Shown: piece by piece, positions 26,796 through 34,797 of the stretch
How positions within the stretch are numbered: position 1 is the stretch's first letter
Layout: each line of letters begins with the position of its first letter
The notes under the pieces: generated by a model
Seen by the model: only the letters and a program-made list of their open reading frames with translations
Told to the model about the DNA's origin: nothing
Databases searched by the model: none
Origin: a bacterium
GTDB taxonomy: Bacteria; Patescibacteriota; Minisyncoccia; Moranbacterales; UBA2206
Direction of reading: 5' to 3'
Length of the DNA stretch: 64,000 nucleotides
Assembly: GCA_030654225.1 (NCBI GenBank)
Contig: JAURXY010000034.1
Coordinates: forward strand, 25,184-89,183
Made by a program: the position numbers and the translations under genes

Positions 26796-28004
26796 TTATT
26801 TTTTATTATTTAAATAGAAATCCCTAAGCACATTGCCAGAAACTTTTCTTAATTTTTCCACTGATCCCTTGATTACTTTCACAGCATAATCAATTTCTTT
26901 TTTGGTCGTATTTTTTCCGAGCGTCAATCGCAGTGACCCATGCGTTTCTTCCGGTTTCAAACCAAGTGCCAAAAGCACATGCGATGGAGAAAGCGATCCT
27001 GATGAACAAGCAGAACCAGTCGAAGCAAAAACTCCTTCTTGCGAGAGCATCATAAGTAGACTCTCCCCTTCTACTCGCGAAAAATTTACATTCACATTAT
27101 TTGGTGATCTTTTTATTTTCGAACCATTCAATCTTGAATCCGGAATTTCTTTGAGAATTTTTGCAATTAAATAATCTCTTAACTTTTGAATTTGCATATT
27201 GTTCTTTGTTCTTTGATCATTGATCATTGATATTGCACTTCCAAGACCAACAATTCCTGGCGTATTAATTGTGCCTGCGCGCAATCCAAATTCTTGCGCC
27301 CCACCATCTTGAATTTTGGCTATATTAAGCCCAAATTTGGCATATAACGCCCCCACTCCCTTTGGTCCATATATTTTATGCGCTGACATTGAAAGTAAAT
27401 CCACGCCTAATTTTTCCACATTACAATCAAAATAATTTACCGCCTGCGTCGCATCGGTATGGAAAATTATTTTAGCATTATTTTTTTTAATCATTTTTCC
27501 AATTTCGGAAATTGGTTGCACAGTGCCAATTTCATTGTTAACATACATCATAGAAACAAAAATTGTATTTGACTTGATCGCATTTTTTATATCCGCAACA
27601 CTTATAACCCCGTCTTTTTTTGGATTGATAAACGTTGCTTCGATTAGATTTTCTTTTTCCATTTTCTTCACTGTCTCCAAAACACAATGATGTTCAAAGG
27701 TAGTCGTGATTACATGTGGTTTCTTTTTTTCTTTTTTATAATACGCTTTCACCACTCCCTTTATAGCAAGGTTATTCGATTCGGTTGCGCCACTGGTAAA
27801 AATAATTTCATTTAAATTAGCATTGAAATATTTTGCCACTTGCATTCTGGCTTTTTCCACTGCTTGATCCGCTTCTTGACCAAAAGAATGAAGTGATGAA
27901 GCATTGCCAAAATTCTGACTAAAATACGGTATCATTTCCTTTAATACTTTTTTGTCTATCGGTGTAGTCGCTGCGTGATCTAAATAAATTGTTTTTTTTG
28001 TCAT
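26796..28004 (-). CDS. iscS: Cysteine desulfurase (IscS/NifS)
   Basis: 'YLDHAATTP' plus PLP lysine 'SAHKIYGPKG' and 'SACSSGS'. The ORF's first ATG (28019) lies inside the MITE terminus, so the second ATG (28004) is chosen. Confidence 0.9.
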   Translation of the reverse strand: MTKKTIYLDHAATTPIDKKVLKEMIPYFSQNFGNASSLHSFGQEADQAVEKARMQVAKYFNANLNEIIFTSGATESNNLAIKGVVKAYYKKEKKKPHVITTTFEHHCVLETVKKMEKENLIEATFINPKKDGVISVADIKNAIKSNTIFVSMMYVNNEIGTVQPISEIGKMIKKNNAKIIFHTDATQAVNYFDCNVEKLGVDLLSMSAHKIYGPKGVGALYAKFGLNIAKIQDGGAQEFGLRAGTINTPGIVGLGSAISMINDQRTKNNMQIQKLRDYLIAKILKEIPDSRLNGSKIKRSPNNVNVNFSRVEGESLLMMLSQEGVFASTGSACSSGSLSPSHVLLALGLKPEETHGSLRLTLGKNTTKKEIDYAVKVIKGSVEKLRKVSGNVLRDFYLNNKK

Positions 28005-28013
28005 AAAATGTTT

Positions 28014-28092
28014 TGTCATTCCCGTGAAAACGGGAATCTAGTCTCAAATCACTAAGTTTCTACACTAGATTCCCGCCTACGCGGGAATGACA
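28014..28092. mobile_element. MITE-like element, family B (TIR tgtcattcccg / cgggaatgaca), copy 1
   Basis: tgtcattcccgtgaaaacgggaatctagtctcaaatcactaagtttctacactagattcccgcctacgcgggaatgaca; between iscS and iscR. Confidence 0.75.
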
Positions 28093-28096
28093 GAGG

Positions 28097-28501
28097 TTAG
28101 TTTTTTATTAAATCGCTCAATTTTATTCCATACAAAGTTTTTCTAATTTGCTCACCTAATTTTATCCACACGAAACTGGAAGCACATTTTTTCATCGCCG
28201 AGCAATGTATTCCTTGGCATTTGGCTGTCATCGGCCCTTCCATGATCTCAATAATCTCCCCCGCAGAAATTTCTTTCGGTTTTCTCGCCAAGACATACCC
28301 ACCATTTTTTCCTTTGATACTTTTGACTAATCCACTCTTTCGCAAATCACCAATCAATCTTTCCAGATATTTAGCCGAGATTTTTTCTTCTATTGATATC
28401 TCTTTTATATTCTTAATTTGAGGATAATTACGCGCCAAATTAACTATTGCTCGAAGCCCATATTCCCCTTTTGTTGATATCTTTAACATTTGTTTATTCA
28501 T
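28097..28501 (-). CDS. iscR: Rrf2-family transcriptional regulator (IscR-like)
   Basis: 134 aa; wHTH 'KGEYGLRAIVNLA' and C-terminal Cys cluster 'CQGIHCSAMKKC'. Confidence 0.85.
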   Translation of the reverse strand: MNKQMLKISTKGEYGLRAIVNLARNYPQIKNIKEISIEEKISAKYLERLIGDLRKSGLVKSIKGKNGGYVLARKPKEISAGEIIEIMEGPMTAKCQGIHCSAMKKCASSFVWIKLGEQIRKTLYGIKLSDLIKN

Positions 28502-28582
28502 ACTAATTTAGTATGCTTTAATTATAATCTTTTTGAAATAATCTGTCAACAGTGTTATAATTAAAATGTAATTGTAATTTTT

Positions 28583-28662
28583 ATGTCATCCTCGCGAATG
28601 CGGGGATCCAGTCTCAAATCATTAATTTTCTACACTAGATTCCCGCATTCGCGGGAATGACA
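28583..28662. mobile_element. MITE-like element, family B, copy 2
   Basis: tgtcatcctcgcgaatgcggggatccagtctcaaatcattaattttctacactagattcccgcattcgcgggaatgaca. The two copies flank iscR. Confidence 0.75.
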
Positions 28663-28671
28663 AAAATTTTT

Positions 28672-29796
28672 ATGCGTATATCATACAGCGCCTTTGATGC
28701 CTATCAAAATTGCCCACTGAAATATAAATTTCAAAATATTGACCACATTAAGGTGCCCAAATCCAAGGAGGCGGTTTTTGGCTCGACAATCCACGAGACA
28801 ATGAAGTTTATCCATACTCCTGGCATTCTCTCCCCTACATTAGATCAAGCCATGGAACATTTTTCCAACTCTTGGAATCCGGCAGTTTTTGACGGAGAAA
28901 TGGAGGAGCGCGCCGCTTTTTCTCAGGGCGTAAAAATTATTCAGGACTACTATCAAAAAAATAATCCCGCAGATTTTAATATCATCAATTTAGAATCACG
29001 CTTTCAAATTGAAATTGGGCCGGAAAATGATCGGCATATTATCTCCGGCATCATCGACCGCATCGACAAAACTGAAGACGGTTTTGAAATTATTGATTAT
29101 AAAACTACCAAGAAAATGCCTAACCAAGAAAAAGTTGACAACGACATTCAACTTTCCGTTTATCTCCAAGCATTTCTCTCTAATTATCCTAAAGAAATTG
29201 AAAATCTGGATAAGATAAAAGTAAGTTTGTATTTTTTAAAGCATGGCGTTAAACTTTCTGCCACAAGAACTTTGGAGCAACTGAAAAAAAGCGAGCGACT
29301 TTTTTTAGACACTATAAAAGTCATCGAGGCTGGCAATTTTGAACCGACTATGTCCCCTCTTTGCGATTGGTGCGGATACCAAAATCTTTGCCCGATGTGG
29401 AAACATAAATTCAAGGAACTGCGCCATATCGACACAGAGGAAATTAATAAATCAATCGAAGAATATATTGATCTAAAATCAGCCATCGCTATGACGAAAG
29501 ATAGGATGGCTAAACTACAAGAAGATATTCTGGGTTATATGGATCAAGAAGGCGTGGAAAGAGTTTTTGGTCCGCAAGGCGTCATTGCCAGGTCACTTCG
29601 TAAGACTTATAAATACGACGAGAAAAAACTCCGCGAAGTTTTGGAACCGCTGGATCATTGGGAAGATGTGCTAAAAGTAGATGGCATTGCACTGCGAAAT
29701 ATTCTGGGTGTCTTACCATTTGAAGCCAAAAAAGAAATTGAAAAAGCTAAAGTTCTCGACAAAGAAACTAAAAGTTTAAGCGTGAAGAAAAAATGA
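28672..29796 (+). CDS. PD-(D/E)XK nuclease (Cas4/RecB-like Fe-S nuclease domain) with an ~140-aa C-terminal extension
   Basis: N-terminal Cys 'AYQNCPLKYKF'; 'IIDRID...EIIDYKT' catalytic D/E-K; C-terminal 'CDWCGYQNLC' cysteine triad. The first ATG (28657) lies within the MITE terminus, so 28672 is preferred. Confidence 0.7.
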   Translation: MRISYSAFDAYQNCPLKYKFQNIDHIKVPKSKEAVFGSTIHETMKFIHTPGILSPTLDQAMEHFSNSWNPAVFDGEMEERAAFSQGVKIIQDYYQKNNPADFNIINLESRFQIEIGPENDRHIISGIIDRIDKTEDGFEIIDYKTTKKMPNQEKVDNDIQLSVYLQAFLSNYPKEIENLDKIKVSLYFLKHGVKLSATRTLEQLKKSERLFLDTIKVIEAGNFEPTMSPLCDWCGYQNLCPMWKHKFKELRHIDTEEINKSIEEYIDLKSAIAMTKDRMAKLQEDILGYMDQEGVERVFGPQGVIARSLRKTYKYDEKKLREVLEPLDHWEDVLKVDGIALRNILGVLPFEAKKEIEKAKVLDKETKSLSVKKK

Positions 29797-29806
29797 TAAC
29801 CTCAGT

Positions 29807-29833
29807 TGTCATCCTGAACTTGTTTCAGGATCC
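29807..29833. repeat. Hairpin repeat element, family C
   Basis: tgtcatcctgaacttgtttcaggatcc, immediately upstream of the GIY-YIG ORF. Confidence 0.65.
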
Positions 29834-29843
29834 CTATTAATCT

Positions 29844-30152
29844 ATGAAACAATATTGTGTTTACATTATTACTAATAAACTAAATAAAGTTTTTTATATT
29901 GGATTTACTGGAAATTTACCAAAAAGAATTTACGAACATAAAAATAAATTAGTAAAAGGATTTTCTGAAAAATATAATTTAACAAAATTAGTTTATTTTG
30001 AGCAAACAACGGATGTTTATTCTGCTATCTCCAGAGAAAAACAACTAAAAAATTGGCACAGGGATTGGAAAATAAACCTGATAACTAAAAGTAATCCGGG
30101 TTGGATAGATTTGTATGACACATTATTAGATGCTGAAACAAGTTCAGCATGA
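29844..30152 (+). CDS. GIY-YIG nuclease-domain protein (stand-alone, about 100 aa)
   Basis: 'VYIITN...FYIGFTGNLPKRIYEHK' GIY-YIG motif. The ORF's 3' end overlaps the downstream hairpin element. Confidence 0.75.
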   Translation: MKQYCVYIITNKLNKVFYIGFTGNLPKRIYEHKNKLVKGFSEKYNLTKLVYFEQTTDVYSAISREKQLKNWHRDWKINLITKSNPGWIDLYDTLLDAETSSA

Positions 30153-30217
30153 CAGTCTTTTTTATCTTATCATCCTGAGTTTGTCTTTTTGTCATCCTGA
30201 ATTTATTTCAGGATCTC
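30129..30217. repeat. Hairpin repeat cluster, family C
   Basis: gatgctgaaacaagttcagcatgaca ... tcatcctgagtttgtc ... tgtcatcctgaatttatttcaggatc. Confidence 0.7.
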
Positions 30218-30230
30218 TATAAAAATTCAT

Positions 30231-30680
30231 ATGCATAAACTGAAAACCTTTCTCAAAAAATTCTTTCTCATCGACGACACTCCACACAAAATTGCTGCGG
30301 GAGCATCTTTGGGAATTTTTTTAGGAATCATTCCTGGTGAAGGAGTTTTAGCAACTCTTATTTTGGCTTCGCTTTTTCGCTTCAATCGTTTGTCAGCTAC
30401 TGCTGGAGTCTTGGTTTTTAATATGTGGGCCACGGTTGCAATCCTGCCCTTTTCCGCAGGAATTGGCGCTTTTATTTTCAAAACTAATCCGCAAGAATTG
30501 ATTGATAATTTTAATTCAACTTATCATCTTGGACTAAAATATTTTTTCAGTAAAATTATTTTTCTCGAATTATTACTTCCGCTTATTGTTGGCTTCTTCA
30601 TCACCGCCGGCATCATCGCTTTAGCTTTTTATTTCTTGATTTATTTTTTGTTGAAATATAAAAAAGTGAGTTTTAGGTAA
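30231..30680 (+). CDS. DUF2062-like small membrane protein
   Basis: 149 aa; 'DDTPHKIAAGASLGIFLGIIP' followed by several TM segments. Confidence 0.5.
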   Translation: MHKLKTFLKKFFLIDDTPHKIAAGASLGIFLGIIPGEGVLATLILASLFRFNRLSATAGVLVFNMWATVAILPFSAGIGAFIFKTNPQELIDNFNSTYHLGLKYFFSKIIFLELLLPLIVGFFITAGIIALAFYFLIYFLLKYKKVSFR

Positions 30681-30727
30681 ATTAAAAGGCATACGCAGTT
30701 ATGAACTGGATGCCTTTTTTGTTTTGT

Positions 30728-30800
30728 TGCTCTGGCAGGGATTTGAACCCCGGACTAAGACATTGACAGTGTCTTGTTCTGACCGCTGAACTACCAGAGC
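30728..30800 (-). tRNA. tRNA-Asp (anticodon GTC)
   Basis: Reverse complement folds as a 73-nt cloverleaf: acceptor GCTCTGG/CCAGAGC, D-arm GTTC/GAAC, anticodon stem AGACA-CTGTCAA-TGTCT, T-arm CGGGG-TTCAAAT-CCCTG, discriminator A. Confidence 0.85.
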
Positions 30801-30809
30801 ATAAAAAAT

Positions 30810-30896
30810 TGGCGGGAGAGAGAGGATTTGAACCTCCGTCATAAGGGATTATGTGTTGACCCTTCATCCTATCCATAATTTCTAGACGACTCTCCC
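30810..30896 (-). tRNA. tRNA-like gene with canonical acceptor/T-arm and encoded CCA, but non-canonical D/anticodon region
   Basis: Reverse complement: GGGAGAG...GGAGG-TTCAAAT-CCTCT-CTCTCCC-G-CCA. The middle region (52 nt) does not give a standard 5-bp/7-nt anticodon arm. AAGGG[12 nt]CCCTT is the only clean stem. Confidence 0.5.
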
Positions 30897-31000
30897 AAAA
30901 GAACAACATCTTAATAAAAAATCCTAGCATAACGCTAGTCTTTTTGTCAAGTATTAAAAAAGTAAAAATCCTATTCACTAATAAACTAATCAACTATTCA

Positions 31001-31708
31001 CTATCTTATCACCGTCCCTTGAAATTCCTTCTCCTCTAAAATATTTTTCAAATTCTTTAAATTTTTTCCTTCGGCAATGATGACCTCAAGATTGTTTTCC
31101 TGGGCAAGTTTTGAAGCTACTGGATCAAAAGGCATATTGAGTCCTGGGTCCCAACGATTGCCAACAATTTTGCGAAAATTTTTCCAATTAATTTCTTTGA
31201 TTATTTTAGCATCCGGATATTTTTTCGGATCTTTGTCGCAAGCATATTTAATGTTGGAAAGATTGATGAGTTTTTTAGCGCCCAGTCTTTCTGCGATAAT
31301 TGTGGCGACATAGTCAGTGGACGCTCCTGGCTTCCAACCAGCAGCCACCATAATCCCCTCCCCAGCCGCAAAGTGAGTGGATAAATTTTCTTTAGTGCGC
31401 GGGTTTTTGTTGATTCTTGGATGAGCATAGGCACGAAAAATAGTTTTCACTAAATGCGCATTGAGTCTTGTTGCATGAATACCTAGCCAGTCTTGGTCAT
31501 CCTTGGTAAGTTTAGTCACTTTATTAGCTGCTTGCGCATATTCCCTCGCCGCATATCCCCCGCCCGTAATAATCGCAAATTTTTTGCCTTTCTTAATTTC
31601 TGAGACTATCAACTCGCGAAACTTTTTCAAAAACTGCCAATCGATTCTTTTTGGAACGATTAGTGAACCTCCGAGAGAAATTACAATGATATTATTTTTA
31701 TTATTCAT
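31001..31708 (-). CDS. pyrH: Uridylate (UMP) kinase
   Basis: 235 aa; 'ISLGGSLI', 'ITGGGYAARE' and 'AAGEGIMVAAG' amino-acid kinase motifs. Confidence 0.9.
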   Translation of the reverse strand: MNNKNNIIVISLGGSLIVPKRIDWQFLKKFRELIVSEIKKGKKFAIITGGGYAAREYAQAANKVTKLTKDDQDWLGIHATRLNAHLVKTIFRAYAHPRINKNPRTKENLSTHFAAGEGIMVAAGWKPGASTDYVATIIAERLGAKKLINLSNIKYACDKDPKKYPDAKIIKEINWKNFRKIVGNRWDPGLNMPFDPVASKLAQENNLEVIIAEGKNLKNLKNILEEKEFQGTVIR

Positions 31709-31746
31709 AGTGTTTTAATTTTGTTCGTAGATTCGCATATAATTCG

Positions 31747-31790
31747 CCCGCCTCGCGTCGACGAGCAATCGTCTTGCGAGTCGAGGCGGG
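31747..31790. repeat. GC-rich palindromic element, second copy of the rfbB insert
   Basis: cccgcctcgcgtcgacgagcaatcgtcttgcgagtcgaggcggg, nearly identical to 4519-4563. Confidence 0.8.
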
Positions 31791-31808
31791 TAGTTTCGCA
31801 TCGGTTAA

Positions 31809-32240
31809 TTATTTAATACAATTTTTATCCGGCAAGTATCCTCTTGATTCTGCCTCAATTTTCGAAGAAAAGCAAACTAGGTTTTTCGGACTTATATTCT
31901 TGGCATAACGGCAAGTCGACAAATGATATTTATTGGAATTTTTTGACCCTACGAAAGCGCAATTTTGAGGTTGGCCAGTAGCGCCAGTTTCATCCTTTTT
32001 CGCCTCAGATGGCAAATTTTGGCTTTGAGAGACGCCACAAACCGCCTGATTGTTGTTATCGGCCGGCTTTTCAATAATAAGCGGGTTTTGAGCCATTTTT
32101 TGACCTTTCAAAACTCCCCCTTCAAAAGAAATTACAGCGACTAAAACAAAGCCCAGAATGAGAATTATCTTATGTTCGTATTTTTGCCAAAAATCTTTAG
32201 TTTTTGCTTTTATGACGTTTTTATCCATAGCTGTTGACAT
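31809..32240 (-). CDS. Membrane-anchored protein with a C-terminal Ada-type zinc-binding domain
   Basis: 143 aa; N-terminal TM. The C-terminal 'YHLSTCRYAKNISPKNLVCFSSKIEAESRGYLPDKNC' matches the Ada N-terminal Zn(Cys4) domain pattern. Confidence 0.6.
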   Translation of the reverse strand: MSTAMDKNVIKAKTKDFWQKYEHKIILILGFVLVAVISFEGGVLKGQKMAQNPLIIEKPADNNNQAVCGVSQSQNLPSEAKKDETGATGQPQNCAFVGSKNSNKYHLSTCRYAKNISPKNLVCFSSKIEAESRGYLPDKNCIK

Positions 32241-32300
32241 TATACCACAAATAAAGTAAGCTTATTTAAGTAATAATAAACAATTTAGTAATTCAATTAT

Positions 32301-32573
32301 ATGGCGCATAGAAAAGCAGGTGGTTCCACTCAACTGGGACGAGATTCAATTTCGAAAAGATTAGGTGTGAAAAAATTTGCGGGAGAAAAAGTTGCTCCCG
32401 GACAAATCATTATCCGCCAACGAGGAACAAAATTCCGACCTGGAAAAGATGTTAAACGAGCAGAAGACGATACTCTCTTTGCGTTGAAAGAGGGAGTAGT
32501 GAAATTTACTGCCAAAAAAGTTCGAAAATTTACTGGTAAAATGATTTCAAAGAAATTTGTTTCTGTAGAATAA
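32301..32573 (+). CDS. rpmA: 50S ribosomal protein L27
   Basis: 90 aa; '[28 protein letters not shown]'. Confidence 0.95.
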   Translation: MAHRKAGGSTQLGRDSISKRLGVKKFAGEKVAPGQIIIRQRGTKFRPGKDVKRAEDDTLFALKEGVVKFTAKKVRKFTGKMISKKFVSVE

Positions 32574-32597
32574 ATTCAAAGTCAAAAATTATCTTTC

Positions 32598-32628
32598 AAA
32601 AAACCCTGCTCATCTGCAGGGTTTTTTA
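32598..32628. terminator. Bidirectional rho-independent terminator between rpmA and pyrG
   Basis: aaaaaccctgctcatctgcagggtttttt. Confidence 0.7.
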
Positions 32629-32633
32629 TTATA

Positions 32634-34274
32634 TCAAGCTACTTTTTTTTTGCTACTTGCTTTTATAAATTCAAGAAATAGTGGGTGTGAATTAATTGGA
32701 TCGGTTTTGAATTCCGGATGAAATTGAGCTCCTAGAAAAAATGGATGAACATTTTTTGGCAACTCTGCTATCTCCATCAGTTTTCCGTCGGCTGATTTTC
32801 CAGAGAAAACTAAACCGGCTTTCTCTAATTTTTCAATATACTGCGGATTAACCTCCCAGCGATGTCGATGGCGTTCAGAAATTTTATTTTTCCCATAAGC
32901 CTGATGTGCCAGCGTTCCCTTTTTAATAACTGCCGAGTAGGCGCCGAGTCGCATAGTGGCTCCGAAATTATGGTCAGCTAGATTCTTCTTTTGCTCTGGC
33001 ATAATATCAATTACTGGATTTTTTGTTTTTCTGTCAATTTCGGTGGTATTAGCATCTTTCAAATCCAATACATTTCTGGCATATTCAACCACAGCGAGTT
33101 GCATTCCATAACAAAGTCCAAAAAAAGGAATCTTGTTTTCTCGCAAAAATTTGATGGCTTTTATTTTCCCCTCAATTCCGCGTGAGCCAAAGCCACCAGG
33201 GATAATCACCCCGTCATAATTTTTCAATTCTTCCAATTTTTCCGGCTCTTTTTCAAAAGCCTCACTGTTCACCCAACTTATTTTTGGTTTCAATTGAAAT
33301 TTGTAAGCAGCATGTTTTATCGCTTCAATCACACTAAGATACGCATCCGAAAGTACAAAATCACCTGTGCCAAAATATTTTCCCACTATACCAATCTTAA
33401 CTTCTCCCTTTGGATTCTTAATTTTTTCCAAAAGATCATACCATTTTTTCAAATTAGTTTTCTTGTATGGCAAACCTAATTTCTTAAGAAGCAACCGACT
33501 CAAATCATCTCGTTCAAAATTTATCCCCACTTCATAGATACTCTCAATATCCGGAGCGCTAATTACATATCTTTCTGGGATATTGCAAAACATCGCAATT
33601 TTTTCTTTTCTTTTTTGATCAAGTCGAGTGTCACTTCTAGCCACAATAACATCCGGCAAAATTCCGGCGCTATTAAGTGTTCGCACTGCATATTGAGTTG
33701 GTTTAGTTTTCATTTCTCCTACCTTAGAAGGAATTGGCAAATAACTCACCATCACAAACAGAACATCATCTGGATGTTTTATCTTCATCATCCTAGCCGC
33801 TTCTAAAAAAAGAATATTTTGATATTCACCAACTGTTCCGCCAATCTCAATCATAGTCACATCTGAATCAGCTTTCTTGGAAGCTTTTTCTATTCTTTCA
33901 ATAACTTCCATTGGAATATGTGGCACAACCTCCACACACTTTCCATTATATTCAAGATTTCTTTCCTTGTGAATCACTGTTTCATACACTCTGCCAGTGG
34001 TCATATAATTATCTCGATTCAAAGTAATACCCAAAAATCTTTCATAATTTCCCATATCTTGATCAGTCTCATCACCATCATCCAAAACAAAAACTTCTCC
34101 GTGTTCAGTTGGGTTCATTGTACCAGCATCAACATTAATGTAAGGATCAATTTTTATAGCCGTCACATTAAATCCACGCGCCTGAAGAATCGCGCCGATA
34201 GCTGAAGTAGTTATCCCCTTTCCCACTCCACTCATCACACCCCCAACAACAAAGATATACTTTCTGTTTTTCAT
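32634..34274 (-). CDS. pyrG: CTP synthase
   Basis: 546 aa; 'VVGGVMSGVGKGI' N-terminus and a glutamine amidotransferase domain with 'GLCYGMQ'. Confidence 0.95.
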   Translation of the reverse strand: MKNRKYIFVVGGVMSGVGKGITTSAIGAILQARGFNVTAIKIDPYINVDAGTMNPTEHGEVFVLDDGDETDQDMGNYERFLGITLNRDNYMTTGRVYETVIHKERNLEYNGKCVEVVPHIPMEVIERIEKASKKADSDVTMIEIGGTVGEYQNILFLEAARMMKIKHPDDVLFVMVSYLPIPSKVGEMKTKPTQYAVRTLNSAGILPDVIVARSDTRLDQKRKEKIAMFCNIPERYVISAPDIESIYEVGINFERDDLSRLLLKKLGLPYKKTNLKKWYDLLEKIKNPKGEVKIGIVGKYFGTGDFVLSDAYLSVIEAIKHAAYKFQLKPKISWVNSEAFEKEPEKLEELKNYDGVIIPGGFGSRGIEGKIKAIKFLRENKIPFFGLCYGMQLAVVEYARNVLDLKDANTTEIDRKTKNPVIDIMPEQKKNLADHNFGATMRLGAYSAVIKKGTLAHQAYGKNKISERHRHRWEVNPQYIEKLEKAGLVFSGKSADGKLMEIAELPKNVHPFFLGAQFHPEFKTDPINSHPLFLEFIKASSKKKVA

Positions 34275-34335
34275 ATTTTTTCAGACAAAAAGTCGCTCTT
34301 CCCCGCGACTTTTAAAAATAAATTTATTAAGGTTG

Positions 34336-34779
34336 CTACTCAATCCCCCTTACTTCTAATTTAATTTTTTCTCTTATTTCTTCTGACAATTTTATTTCAA
34401 TTTCATATTCTCCCACCTTCTTTATTGCTTGTTTAATTATAATTGAATTTGCTAAAATGTTCAAGCCTTCTTTTTTCAGGGCTTCTTCGATATTTTTGAC
34501 TGTTATCGAACCGAAAAGCTTACCCTTTTTTTCCTTAGCTTCAATAGTAATTTTTTTGCCTTTTAGAACACTGGCTAAATTTCTTAGTCGCTCCGTCTCG
34601 GCCAGTTTGTTTTTTTGTTCTTTTTCTTTTTGCGATTGAAAAAACTTAACTGCACTTTCTGTTGCAACGCCCGCTAATTTTTTGGGAAGCAAAAAATTTT
34701 GCGCATACCCTTCCGCCACTTCTTTCACATCTCCCTTCTTCCCCAAACTTTTCACATCTTGTAATAATATTATTTTCAT
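34336..34779 (-). CDS. rplI: 50S ribosomal protein L9
   Basis: 147 aa; 'MKIILLQDVKSLGKKGDVKEVAEGYAQNFLLP'. Confidence 0.9.
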   Translation of the reverse strand: MKIILLQDVKSLGKKGDVKEVAEGYAQNFLLPKKLAGVATESAVKFFQSQKEKEQKNKLAETERLRNLASVLKGKKITIEAKEKKGKLFGSITVKNIEEALKKEGLNILANSIIIKQAIKKVGEYEIEIKLSEEIREKIKLEVRGIE

Positions 34780-34797
34780 AGATTCGTATAATTAAAA

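Noticed and set aside
28657-28671. Upstream ATG starts for the PD-(D/E)XK gene (28657) and iscS (28019) given in the ORF track
   Set aside because: Both ATGs are created by the ATGACA terminus of the MITE TIR. The next in-frame ATG gives a start outside the element and conserved N-termini (MRISYSAF.. and MTKKTIYLDHAATTP).
30810-30896. tmRNA interpretation of the tRNA-like gene
   Set aside because: The acceptor 5' and 3' strands are only about 70 nt apart. tmRNA needs about 300 nt with a coding reading frame between them.
30682-30993. 103-aa minus-strand ORF spanning the tRNA region
   Set aside because: It overlaps the tRNA-Asp and tRNA-like genes on the same strand. tRNA structure explains the sequence better.
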